Translations under genes and position numbers: made by a program
NCBI GenBank assembly: GCA_964016885.1
Contig: OZ024741.1
Location: forward strand, 388,306,001 to 388,370,000
Reading direction: 5' to 3'
DNA length: 64,000 nt
Origin: Eledone cirrhosa
Taxonomy: Eukaryota
Notes under the pieces: model-generated
What the model was told of the DNA's origin: nothing
The model's database searches: none
The model's input: only the letters and a program-made list of their open reading frames with translations
Part shown: piece by piece, positions 29,666 to 41,209 of the stretch
How positions within the stretch are numbered: the stretch's first letter is position 1
How the letters are laid out: the number at the start of each line of letters is the position of its first letter

Positions 29666-29729
29666 AATCAGGTAAAGATAATATTTGATGGGTTTGTAAA
29701 CCATGAGTTGTGTTAATGCAGTGTTGTTG

Positions 29730-32700
29730 GAAAATGGAGATGTGTTGTGGGTGTGATATGTTGGAGGAGTGGTGTGTTGGAGGAATGGTGTGTTGGAGGA
29801 GTGGTGTGTTGTTGGGGGAGTGGTGTGTTGTTGGGGGAGTGGTGTGTTGTTGGGACAGTGGTGTGTTGGGGGAGTGGTGTGTTGTTGGCACAGTGGTGTG
29901 TTGGGGGAGTGGTGTGTTGTTGGGGGAGTGATGTGTTGTTGGAGGAGTGGTGTGTTGTTGGGGGAATGGTGTATTGTTGGGGCTGTGGTGTGTTGGTGGA
30001 GTGATGTGTTGTTGGTGGAGTGGTGTGTTGGTGGAGCGATGTGTGTTGGCAGACCAACAAGAATTGATTCTTTACACTCCTACTAACAACACATCACTCC
30101 ACCAACAACACACCACGCCCCCAACAACACATCACTCTCCCAACAACACACCACTCCTCCAACACACCACTCCACCAATACAACACCACTCGCCCAACAA
30201 CACACCACTCTCCCAACACACCACTCCACCAACAACACACCACTCCTCAAAAACACACAACACCCCCAACAACACACCACTCCTCGAACACACCACTCCA
30301 CCAAAAACACACCACTCCCCCATCAACACACCACTCCCCCAACAACACCCCACTCCACCAACAACACACCACTCCACCAACAACACACCACTCCCCCAAC
30401 ACACCACTCCACCAACAACACACCACTCCCCCAACAACACCCCACTGCACCAACAACACACCACTCCTCCAACATACAACTCCACCAACAACACACCACT
30501 CCCCAACAACACACCACTCCCCCAAAACACCACTCCACCAACAACACACCACTCCTCAGAAACACACCACTCCCCAACAACACCCCACTCCACCAACAAC
30601 ACACCACTCCACCAACAACACACCACTCCACCAACAACACACCACTCCCCCAACAACACCCCACTCCACCAACAACACACCACTCCACCAACAACACACC
30701 ACTCCCCAACAACACACCACTCCACCAACAACACACCACTCCACCAACAACACACCACTCCCCAACAACACACCAATCCCCAAACACACCACTGCCCCCA
30801 ACAACACACCACTCCCCCAACAACACACCACTCCACCAACAACACACCACTTCCCCAACACACCACTCCACCAACAACACACCACTCCCCCAACAACACC
30901 CCACTCCACCAACAACACACCACTCTTCCAACACACAACTCCACCCTAAACACATCAATCCCCCAATAACACCCCACTCCCCCAACAACACACCACTCCC
31001 CCAACACACCACTCCACCAACAACACACCACTCCCCAACACCACTCCACCCAAAACACACCACTCCCCCAATAACACCCCGCTCCCCCAACAACACACCA
31101 CTCCCCCAACAACACCCCACTCCACCAACAACACACCACTCCACCAACACACCACTCCTCCAACACACCACTTCCCCAACAACACACCACTCCCACAACA
31201 ACACCCCACTCCCACAACAACACACCACTTCCCCAACAACACGCCACTCCCCCAACAACACCCCACTCCCCCAACAACACACCACTCCTCCAACACACCA
31301 CTCCACCAACAACACACCACTCCCACAACAACACACCACTCCACCCAAACACCACTCTACTAACACACCCCTCCACCAACAACACACTACTCCCCCAACA
31401 CACCACTCCCCCCAAAACACACCACTCCCCCACAGTGGTGTGTTGTTGGTGGAGCGGTGTGTTGGTGGAGTGGTGTGTTGTTGGGGGAGTGGTGTGTTGT
31501 TGGGGGAGTGATGTGTTGTTGGGGAAGTGGTGTGTTGTTGGGGGAGTGATGTGTTGTTGGGGGAGTGGTGTGTTGTTGGGGGAGTGATGTGTTGTTGGAG
31601 TGGTGTGTTGGGGGAGTGATGCGTTGTTGGGGGAGTGGTGTGTTGTTGGAGTGATGTGTTGTTGGGGGTGTGATGTGTTGTTGGAGGAGTGGTGTGTTGG
31701 AGGAGTGATGTGTTGTTGGGGGAGTGGTGTGTTGTTGGGGGAGTGGTGTATTGTTGGTGGAGTAGCGTATTGTTGGGGGAGTGGTGTATTGTTGTGGGAG
31801 TGATGTGTTTTTGGAGGAGTGGTGTGTTGGGGGAGTGATGTGTTGTTGGAGTGATGTGTTGTTGTTGGAGTGATGTGTTGTTGATGGAGTGATGTGTTGT
31901 TGGTGGAGTGATGTGTTGTTGGGGGAGTGGTCTGTTGTTGGAGTGATGTGTTGTTGGTGGAGTGATGTGTTGTTGGAGTGATGTGTTGTTGGGGGAGTGG
32001 TGTGTTGTTGGAGTGATGTGTTGTTGGGGGAGTGGCATGTTGTTGTGGGAGTGGTGTGTTGTTGGGGGAGAGATGTGTTGTTGGAGGAGTGGTTGTGTTA
32101 GGGGAGTGGTGTGTTGTTGTGGGAGTGGTGTGTTGGGGGAGTCGTGTGTGGGGGGAGTGATGTGTTGTTGGCGGAGTGGTGTGTTTTTGGAGTGATGTGT
32201 TGTTGGTGGAGTGATGTGTTGTTGGGGAGTGGTGTGTTGTTGGGGGAGTGGTGTATTGTTGGTGGAGTGATGTGTTGTTGGGGGAGTGGTGTGTTGTTGG
32301 AGGAGTGGTGTGTTGGGGGAGTGATGTGTTGTTGGGGGAGTGGTGTGTTGGTGGAGTGAGGTGTTGTTGGTGGAGTGATGTGTTGTTGGTGGAGTGATGT
32401 GTTGTTGGGGGAGTGCTGTGTTGTTGGTGGAGTGATGTGTTGTTGGAGGAGTGGTGTGTTGTTGGAGGAGTGGTGTGTTGTTGGTGGAGTGATGTGTTGT
32501 TGGAGGAGTGGTGTGTTGTTGGAGGAGTGGTGTGTTGTTGGGGGAGTGGTGTGTAGGTGGAGTGATGTGTTGTTGGTGGAGTGATGTGTTGTTGGAGGAG
32601 TGGTGTGTTGTTGGGGGAGTGGTGTGTTGGTGGAGTGATGTGTTGTTGGTGGAGTGATGTGTTGTTGGAGGAGTGGTGTGTTGTTGGGGGAGTGGTGTGT

Positions 32701-33797
32701 TGGGGGAGTGATGTGTTGTTGGGGGAGTGGTGTGTTGGGGGAGTGATGTGTTGGGGGAGTGATGTGTTGTTGGGCGAGTAGTGTGTTGTTGGGGGAGTGG
32801 TGTGTTGGGGGAGTGATGTGTTGTTGGTGGAGTGATGTGTTGTTGGAGGAGTGGTGTGTTGTTGGGGGAGTGGTGTGTTGTTGGGGGAGTGCTGTGTTGT
32901 TGGTGGAGTGGTGTGTTGGGGGAGTGATGTGTTGTTGGGGGAGTGGTGTGTTGGGGGAGTGATGTGTTGGGGGAGTGATGTGTTGTTGGGCGAGTAGTGT
33001 GTTGTTGGGGGAGTGGTGTGTTGGGGGAGTGATGTGTTGTTGGTGGAGTGATGTGTTGTTGGAGGAGTGGTGTGTTGTTGGGGGAGTGCTGTGTTGTTGG
33101 TGGAGTGGTGTGTTGGGGGAGTGATGTGTTGTTGGGGGAGTGGTGTGTTGGGGGAGTGATGTGTTGGGGGAGTGATGTGTTGTTGGGCGAGTAGTGTGTT
33201 GTTGGGGGAGTGGTGTGTTGGGGGAGTGATGTGTTGTTGGTGGAGTGATGTGTTGTTGGAGGAGTGGTGTGTTGTTGGGGGAGTGGTGTGTTGGGGGAGT
33301 GGTGTGTTGTTGGAGGAGTGGTGTGTTGTTGGGGGAGTGATGTGTTGTTGGGGGAGTGGTGTGTTGGGGGAGTGATGTGTTGTTGGGGGAGTGGTGTGTT
33401 GGGGGAGTGATGTGTTGGGGGAGTGATGTGTTGTTGGTGGAGTGATGTGTTGTTGGAGGAGTGGTGTGTTGTTGGGGGAGTGGTGTGTTGGGGGAGTGGT
33501 GTGTTGGGGGAGTGGTGTGTTGGTGGAGGAGTGGTGTGTTGGGGGAGTGATGTGTTGTTGGTGGAGTGATGTGTTGTTGGAGGAGTGGTGTGTTGTTGGG
33601 GGAGTGGTGTGTTGGGGGAGTGGTGTGTTGTTGGAGGAGTGGTGTGTTGTTGGGGGAGTGATGTGTAGGTGGACTGATGTGTTGTTGGGGAATGGTGTGT
33701 TGGTGGAGGAGTGGTGTGTTGGTGGAGTGATGTGTTGTTGGGGGAGTGCTGTGTTGTTGGTGGAGTGATGTGTTGTTGGTGGAGTGATGTGTTGTTT
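29730..33797. repeat. 16/19-bp G/T-rich minisatellite with an internal inverted block (about 30080-31431)
   Basis: GGAGTG(G/A)TGTGTTG(TTG)G units on + at 29730-30047 and 31434-33797. The reverse complement lies in between. Confidence 0.95.
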
Positions 33798-33810
33798 GTA
33801 GGAGTGTTAC

Positions 33811-33929
33811 CTCTAAGTTCAGTGTACATTTTAGCACATTGGAGTCACAAAGAATCAATTCTTGTTGGTCTGCCTGCATCTGTCTCTTTTGCATTAGAGA
33901 TGGATCTCTCCAGCAAACCCAGAAGTCCT
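33811..33929 (-). other. Candidate internal exon of an unidentified host gene
   Basis: Acceptor TTTTGATCTGCAG, donor GAG|GTAACA, 119 nt with an open frame DFWVCWRDPSLMQKRQMQADQQELILCDSNVLKCTLNLE. No homology recognised. Confidence 0.25.
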
Positions 33930-34637
33930 CTGCAGATCAAAACTGAAGATCCCTTGTGTTAAAAAATTACAGAAAGTTACCCGCTATATACATAAGTATT
34001 ATTGCAAACATAAATATGTGAGGTACAATAGCTGTGTGTGATGTTAGATTACTGCTGATGATGCAATCATCACTTCAGACCTAACTAGAGCTATTGAGAG
34101 ATTGCCTCCCAGGAACGTACATATCTCTTCATGTTTCAGGTTTTATATCTCCATTCCTACAGAATTCAATGTTTTGCTGTGAGAAGTGCATGCAGCTGTA
34201 AAAAGTAATTGTGCAAACCTAACCCTCACACCCATGCTTGTACGTAAAATAGCAAATTCCCATATTTATAATATATATTACGTTTGAAGGTATATTTGGT
34301 AATGTTCACTATATGAATAATGCTTGCCCATTCTTACTAGCTTAGAGAAATAAGCAAAAATGTTTGTATATGTGTGTGTGTGATAAAATGTGTGTATGTG
34401 TGTGCATGTGTGTATGAATGTGTGTCACTGTGTGTTACTGAGTCTGTGTGTATGTTTGTATGATTGTATGTTTGTGTGTATATGTGTATGCATGTGTGAA
34501 TATATGCTTGTGTGTATGAATATGTGTATATATGTGTTTTTATGCTATGAGTAAGAAAGTGTTGACTATAGAATATACCAAATGTGTAATGTGAAATATA
34601 AGTAGCACTAATTAAGTGTTATATAAATTTGGGAACA

Positions 34638-34743
34638 TATGCGAGCAAGACAACCACTCTTGCCTCAAGTGGGAAAACTCCCGTCCAAACCCATGCAAGC
34701 ATGGAACATGGACGTTAAACAATGATGATGATGATGATGATGA
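34638..34743 (+). mobile_element. RTE 3'-tail fragment
   Basis: GCGAGCAAGACAACCACTCTTGCCTCAAGTGGGAAAA..GGACGTTAAAC followed by (GAT)n. Nearly identical to 24410-24515. Confidence 0.85.
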
Positions 34744-34849
34744 TATATAGATGCCACTATCAATATCCAGCATCCAATAAAGTATACTGAATGTGTAATG
34801 TGAAATACAAATGGTACTATATGAAAAAAAAGTCTAAAATCTATGTTGA

Positions 34850-35050
34850 GTCTGAAGGCTGATGAGGCTGGTGCTAACCCTGATCTCCATGGTGTTAAGT
34901 GACTGAAAGTACAAGACTCACCTCTGGACAGGATGCCAACTCATCACAAGATTAAATCCCCAGCTATAGTTGGTACTCATTTAGGAATCAAACCCATGAC
35001 ATAATAATTGTAAGTCCAACACCCTTACCACTAAGCCATGCACCTCCACT
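34850..35050 (-). mobile_element. SINE family B, internally deleted
   Basis: Reverse complement of the tRNA-like head (CCACTAAGCCATGCACCTCC) plus the family B body. Confidence 0.65.
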
Positions 35051-35439
35051 AAATATATAAATTCTGGAACAAATATATATAGATGTCACTATTAACAATA
35101 TTCAGTAGCCAATATTTGTATAAGATGTGATGCTTTCTCACAATTCCATGAAAAACTTATTTTTCTTTTTTCTTTATTTTTTTAAATTCTTTCTAATTAA
35201 TTCAAAGTTATTTAGATTATTCCCCAACATATTATTTCTATCATTCAGAAGTTGACCAGATTTTTATCCTATTCCATTTTGTTCTTTTCTTTTACTTTTT
35301 TTCTAATTTTTATTTATATATAATTTTTCTTTCTGTTTTTGTTTCTTGGAGCCTGGAAAACCATTACCAAAATATTTTCTTTTTATCTCACTAGTTTGTT
35401 TTCTCTTCCCCCAAACCACACGGAAATATCCATATTTGT

Positions 35440-35865
35440 CATTGTTATTGCTGTTATTGTTGTTCTTGTAGATGTTGCCATTGTTATTTTTGTTGTTTCT
35501 GTTGTTATTATTGTTGTTGTTGTTGTTGCCATTCTTGCTGTTATTATTGTTGTTATTTTTGTTATTATTGTTGTTGTTGCTGCTGCCATTCTTGCTGTTC
35601 TCGTTGTTGTTGCTGCCATTATTGTTGTTGTTATCTTTGTTATTATAGTTGTTGTTGCTGCTGCCATTCTTGCTGTTCTCGTTGTTGTTGCTGCCATTAT
35701 TGTTGTTGTTATCCTTGTTATTATTGTTGTTGTTGCTATTATCATCGTTGTTATTGTCGTTGTTGTTGTTGTTGTTATCATTGTTGCTGTTGTTGTCATT
35801 GCTGCCATTATTATTGTCCTTGTTATTGGTGTTGTTGTCATTATAATTGCTGCTGCTGCTTCTGT
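35440..35865. repeat. Compound (GTT/ATT/GCT)n trinucleotide tract with an internal duplication
   Basis: Triplet repeats. GCTGCTGCCATTCTTGCTGTTCTCGTTGTTGTTGCTGCCATTATTG occurs twice. Confidence 0.9.
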
Positions 35866-37034
35866 TGGTTCTATATCCTCTATTGAAAACCTATATTCCA
35901 TTTGTGTAGTTTGGAATTGTCTTTGAAGTTTCGTGAGAAGAGTTATACACCCTCTGGTGGAGAGTACCATAGTTACTGAAATACCATAGTCACTGTACAT
36001 AACATACTAAAGTTGCACATCGTTTTCTAAAATAACTGCATATGTTTAAATGACATGCACGTTGATATTATTCAGATGGTTCTTTGAAGTTGCCAAGAAT
36101 GATTTAGAAGAGCAATATCCCTCATTATTGGTATACCATGGTTACTGAAAGAAGACAAAGTGTGAGAAACATTATAATAAAGTAAATAGCTTACATATTA
36201 TTTTTTCCAACGTAACTGCCATGTTTCAATGACAGTGTATATGCAAAGGAAGCTCACCTTCAATTTGTGTATGTTTAATACAAATTTATATGATATTTTT
36301 ATTCATTATTTTTATTTTTATTATTTAAACATAATACATTTAAAAAATTTATTTACAAAAAAAAAAGAACGCTAGAATTTCCTTCTAAAAATTTATAAGA
36401 GCTGAAACATTTGAGGTGGTGGGGTTTTCTTCTCTGAAGACCTTCTGCTGTCCAGCTCTCCTGAGAGTTTCTTACCATGAAGGCAAGCCAAAACATGCAC
36501 AGCATTGTCGGGGTTATAGTAAAGCTAAAGCACTGGAATAACCAAACACCCTATGATTGAAACCCTCTTGTCACATCTTCACTACATTTTCTGAGTTGTT
36601 GTCTTTCATACTTTTCCTAAACACATATGCTTTCTTCGCTTACTTCCAAACTACTGATTGCCCTTGCTGTGATTTCATCTAGACTGTGGGGCAAGCTTAT
36701 GCAGCTATTCTATGAATATAAACAAAAATATTGAAATGGCTTGTGTCCCCCCCCCCCCCCCCAAAAAAAAAAACACAAAAAAAAAAAACAAACAAACAAA
36801 CAAAAACAAGAAAAAAACAACAACTATTAACACATTATCGTCATTTCATTCTTATATCAAATCTTTCAATTATTTCTCAAATCCTCCAAACAACGAGAGA
36901 TCAGAGAATCAGGGATTGTTGTTTGTGAGACAAGTAACATTTTTGATGAACTGAAAATAAAGTTTATGAATTTAATATTTCCCCAAAATTCATCTTCATT
37001 CAGATCCTTTTCTCTTGATTTATGTAGCAGTCAT

Positions 37035-37155
37035 ATTTCAGTGGGTATATATTTATGAAAAGACATATGTCAGTAGGTATATATCCATTAAAAAGCATAT
37101 ATCAGTGGGTATATATCCAGTAAAAGGTATATATCAGTGGATATATCCATTAAAA
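37035..37155. repeat. About 30-bp minisatellite, about 4 copies
   Basis: TCAGTGGGTATATATCCATTAAAA variants. Confidence 0.75.
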
Positions 37156-37639
37156 AGTGCCCTTCTTTAGGTGGTTAATGAATAAAGTACCAGTTATCAA
37201 TCAATCAATAGGCTACATTACTAGCGCAGATTCCTTTGACTCTCTGTCGCCATCCAATTCTATTATTCATCATATTCAGTGGGTCAGTAGGATTGCAGTT
37301 TATGTTATTACAAATCTGCCTGATATAGGTCTAGTCTTGTCATCCTCTGCTTGCTCTTCCTTGCGTAGGATCCCACAAAATAGCTTCACTATCCAGACAT
37401 TTGCAACAGATACCAGTTATGTACTAGAGTACATTCTTATTTTTTCTCTTGCTCACTCTCTCTTTCAATATCTCTATCTATCTCTTTCTGTCTTTGAAAG
37501 AAATCAGATGTGGTTAAACCTTGAGAGGGATGGGTTCAGCCAGGTTTTAAAATGGCTAAGACATGTCATGATGGTGCCTCTATGACTCAATTAGGGGTAA
37601 AGAGATCAGTAATATATATTAAGTTTGATAGAGTTATAA

Positions 37640-38100
37640 ATTGCAGGAGCTGGTTTAGTAATGCACCAGCTTCAGCATTCAGTCATTAAAAGAAGGGAGG
37701 TAGGTGTAAAAGCCAAACTCGCTATTTTCAATTCAGTACTTATGCCAATCCTTACCTATGGTCTTGAATCTTGGGCATAACTGAAAGAATACAATCATGA
37801 GTACAAGTGACCAAAATGGAGGATCTTTGGAGTAACAAAGATCATTAGAGTACGTACCAACTCCAATTGATCCAGCTGGATTACCAAGTAAGACCAGCTG
37901 AGCTCATAGATGTTATCCAACCATGATGCTCAGTGGCTAACCCTGGGTTTCCTGCCAGTTGGTTTTTGCCTGTAAAATTTTCCTAGTGATTTCCTGAGAC
38001 ATTCTAATCACATGTCAATTGTATTGGAGCTGTGATCTCTTAATTCAGAGAATTAGTGGCTCTACCTGGAGTGACTCACTGACCTCCGAGCTACACACTC
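37640..38100. mobile_element. RTE (second family) 3' fragment with its distal half inverted
   Basis: + strand 37640-37855 reads PILTYGLESW. Minus strand 38100-37860 continues SSEVSESLQVEPLIL..HVIRM. Confidence 0.7.
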
Positions 38101-38394
38101 TAAATGTTGGTAATTAGCATATCAAATTAATTGTGCTTTTATTATTGAATATATTTGTTCTTTAAAATATAAACATATATAATTATTATTACATATATTT
38201 CACTGTCATATGACAAACCACAATAGGAGTTTTGCTAACATTGGACACTCAGCGTATTGAATCCTTTTGGTTCCATACCAAAAGGAAATATAAAACATTG
38301 AAGTGGATGAATGGGATCACAGAAAAAGTATTTTATAGTTTCTTGAAACAATTCCAGTGATGGTGCATAAGAGCATGGTAGAGGCTAAAGTCTA

Positions 38395-38660
38395 AAGTCT
38401 GTCTCAAACCCAGAGGCTCATCAGGCTGGTGCTTATTCCATTTTTCCTATGTGAAGCAACAGAGTACAAGTCTCCCCACTGGACAGAATGCCAGTCCATC
38501 GTAGGGTTAAGCCTCCAGCTATTGCTGGTACTCATTTTTAACTGAGTATATTGGAGCAATGTAAAATTAAATGTTTTGCTCAAGAACACAACACAACCCA
38601 GTCCAGGAATTGAACCTATAATATTATGATTGTAAGTCCAACACACTTACCACATACTTC
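38395..38660 (-). mobile_element. SINE family B
   Basis: Reverse complement of 15558-15835, including B-box and AGACAGACTTT tail. Confidence 0.8.
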
Positions 38661-38847
38661 CATGGTAGTGGCTGAATATTGGAAAATATTCTTATTGCAA
38701 TATATGTGAACAGTATGTTCATCAATTGTTCATTTATATTATTGATTTGCTGTTCGCTGTATAAATTATTTTAAAATTTAATTTCAAATATATTTATTGC
38801 TATAAGGCAGGCATAAACAATTATATATGTATATATATATATATATA

Positions 38848-39732
38848 CATGGTGCGGACGATATTTGTTCGCAAGATTACTCTCTAGGATAAAAAATAAC
38901 ACAGTAGTTTTATTTTTTAAGATTTATTTATCAAACTTGGGTCAGTTTGTCTTCATGACTTGTTCTTTCGATCTCACTCGATAAACCCGCCATTGGCTTT
39001 GATGACGGCCTCAAAGCAGCCTCGGAACCGGCTACAGGCCTTTGTCACTGTCCCCCGACTTAGGCCCCTAAAGGCACTTGTGATCCTGGCCTTCAGATCA
39101 TCTTTCGTACTGCAGCTAGATCTGTTGGTGTCTCGTTCCACTGCACCCCACACAAAGAAGTTGAGGGGGTTGCAGTCAGGCGAGCTGGGAGGCCAGATGT
39201 CAGGTGAAGTGTGGTTGACAAAGTTCTCTGACAGCCAGGCTTGGGTCTTTCGGCTAGTATGGCCGGGTGCTGAGTCTTGCTGCCACACGTACGGCCTACC
39301 TGCAGCTACCTGGTCGATCCAGGGCTTTACTACCTCGCTCAGAACGCAGATGTAGCCATCGGTGTTCAGCTTGAGGCCCTCAGGGAAGAAGTGAGGTGGC
39401 ATGACGTCACCTTCACTGCTGACGACATCTAAGACCAATGTTGTCTGGAAACTTTGTCTGCATGACTTTGGGCACGTCTTTGGATGAGACAGCGAGCCAC
39501 CTGTTGTTCTGGGAGTTGATCTTCTGGTCTTATTTGTCCTCCCGGTGCGGATTCCAAGAAGAACTCCGTGTCTTTCCACAAATTCGGAGGTTCAAAATTA
39601 TTCATAATCAATTATTCTGAAAATAAATAATGGAAATATAGTCACTGTTTTTATGAAGACAAGAGTGACAACGGAAGTAAAAAAAATTTGCATAAAATTA
39701 GCAGTTGAAAATTGCGAACAAATATCGTCCGC

Positions 39733-39738
<6 letters not shown>
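38848..39738 (-). mobile_element. Internally deleted Tc1/mariner DD37D (maT-type) transposon in (TA)n
   Basis: Perfect 24-bp TIR core GGTGCGGACGATATTTGTTCGCAA at 38851-38874 and 39712-39735. WQQDSAP..WPPSSPDCNPLN has 37 residues between the second D and the third catalytic position (here N). The HTH and first D are deleted. Confidence 0.92.
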
Positions 39739-39808
<70 letters not shown>

Positions 39809-39886
39809 TTCAAAATATTAACAAAATAGATATTCTTGTGATCAATTATATTTTATTATACATAATTCAGAAAAAATGTATCATTT

Positions 39887-39962
39887 TATTTTATCTGATG
39901 AGGACGTACTGTTGAACTTAATTCAGTACCTCTGAAATATGTATAATATGTATAATAAAATA
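39887..39962 (+). ncRNA. Minimal type I hammerhead ribozyme motif
   Basis: TATTTTAT-CTGATGA-stem II (GTACTG/CAGTAC)-GAAA-TATGTATA-ATAAAATA. A 9-bp duplication sits at the cleavage site. Confidence 0.65.
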
Positions 39963-40163
39963 TAATTGATCACAAGAATATCTATTTTGTTAATATTTTG
40001 AATTAATATTAATAACTCTTGAAAATATTTATCTGTAGAGTGCTTCCAATCTATTGTAAAACTCATTCTTTGATGTATTCATTGAATCTTGTTTAACTCT
40101 TAAATATATATATATATATATACAAATTACACAATTATCAAAGTTATGTTCAAATCATTTTAT

Positions 40164-40210
40164 TGCTGACAATCGTTTCTTCCAAACTTTCGTTTGGAGT
40201 CATCGGAGCA
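40164..40210 (-). ncRNA. Variant type I hammerhead motif (U4C)
   Basis: TGCT-CCGATGA-C-TCCAAAC GAAA GTTTGGA-A-GAAAC GATT GTC-AGCA. Confidence 0.6.
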
Positions 40211-40327
40211 TTATCAATGTTTGTACATATAATTAACCTCCTATTCAACTGAACAATCATATGGATACATATGTATTGATGTTGTGAACAACAGTTTAGT
40301 ATTTAACTTTTTACTTTTCGTATTTAA

Positions 40328-40512
40328 CTCCGCGGAGTGGGGAGACCCAAGAAGACCTGGGATGAGGTGATAAAAGCCGACCTTACCGATTTACACCTCT
40401 CAAAGGCGATGACACATGACTGTGACCTCTGGCGTCATGCAGTAATATAGAAGACCCAACTTCTCACGGGTACAAGCCGAAGCTGAAGCATATAGACAAT
40501 ATGCCCCCACCT
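40328..40512 (+). mobile_element. RTE fragment spanning the ORF end and 3' UTR start
   Basis: GVGRPKKTWDEVIKADL. Matches the reverse complement of about 19280-19452. Confidence 0.85.
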
Positions 40513-40821
40513 CTTTTGGACTATTTTTAGGAAATAAAAATTGCATACCAATATGTTGAAATATTGCTTAATTTATCTATAATTTGCAATAATTCTTGTT
40601 GAATTTTTTGGTGTAACTTTCATTTTTTTTTACTTATAAATGCATTTTAAACTATAATAAAGCGATTTTTAATCATTGAAAGACTCAAAATAATAATACT
40701 ATGGAATATTTTTATTTAGTCCGGATAAGAGTATAGTTCAGTTAAGAGCATACTATTTTCCATTCCCGAGGATATACTCTTCAGCTGACTCAACTGTATA
40801 TATGTATGTGTATATATATAT

Positions 40822-41157
40822 GGAGGCACATGGCTTAGTGGTTAGAGCATTGGGCTTGCAATCGAAAGGTTGTGAGTTCAATTCTCAGACCGGGTGATGT
40901 GTTGTTTCCTTGAACAAGACACTTTATTTCACATTGCTCCAGTTTACTCAGCTGTAGAAATGAGATGATAGGGACTGGGGTCCATATCATTCCACTGCAA
41001 AGTGGTCGTGGAGGTGCCATGGCAAAAAAGCACCCAGCACTCATTGTAAATGAGGTTGGTGTTAGGAAGGGCATCCAGCTGTAGAAATCAGGCCAGAATC
41101 AGTTCCTGTCCCACCCTTGCAAGCAGGGAAAAAGCGGACATAAAATGGAATGATGAT
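40822..41157 (+). mobile_element. Chimeric SINE: tRNA head, CORE-like body, RTE 3' tail
   Basis: TGGCTTAGTGG A-box and GAGTTCAATTC B-box, followed by GGTGTTAGGAAGGGCATCCAGCTGTAGAAATC and a GATGAT tail. Confidence 0.75.
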
Positions 41158-41209
41158 ATATATATATATATACATATGTATATATATATATATATATACA
41201 TACATATGT

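Noticed and set aside
29710-33962. Long ORFs (up to 1168 aa) in the G/T-rich array
   Set aside because: Minisatellite artefacts, open on both strands and crossing the inversion junction.
33898-33962. + strand mini-exon MDLSSKPRSPLQIKTEDPLC* with DLS and IKTE motifs
   Set aside because: Short motifs occur by chance, and it overlaps a better-bounded minus-strand exon candidate.
35339-36000. Hydrophobic or Thr-rich ORFs resembling a membrane protein or mucin
   Set aside because: Products of a trinucleotide tract, open on both strands.
36474-36503. CCATGAAGGCAAGCCAAAACATG as a decayed HHR
   Set aside because: It needs several substitutions, and no stem I or inverted arm is visible.
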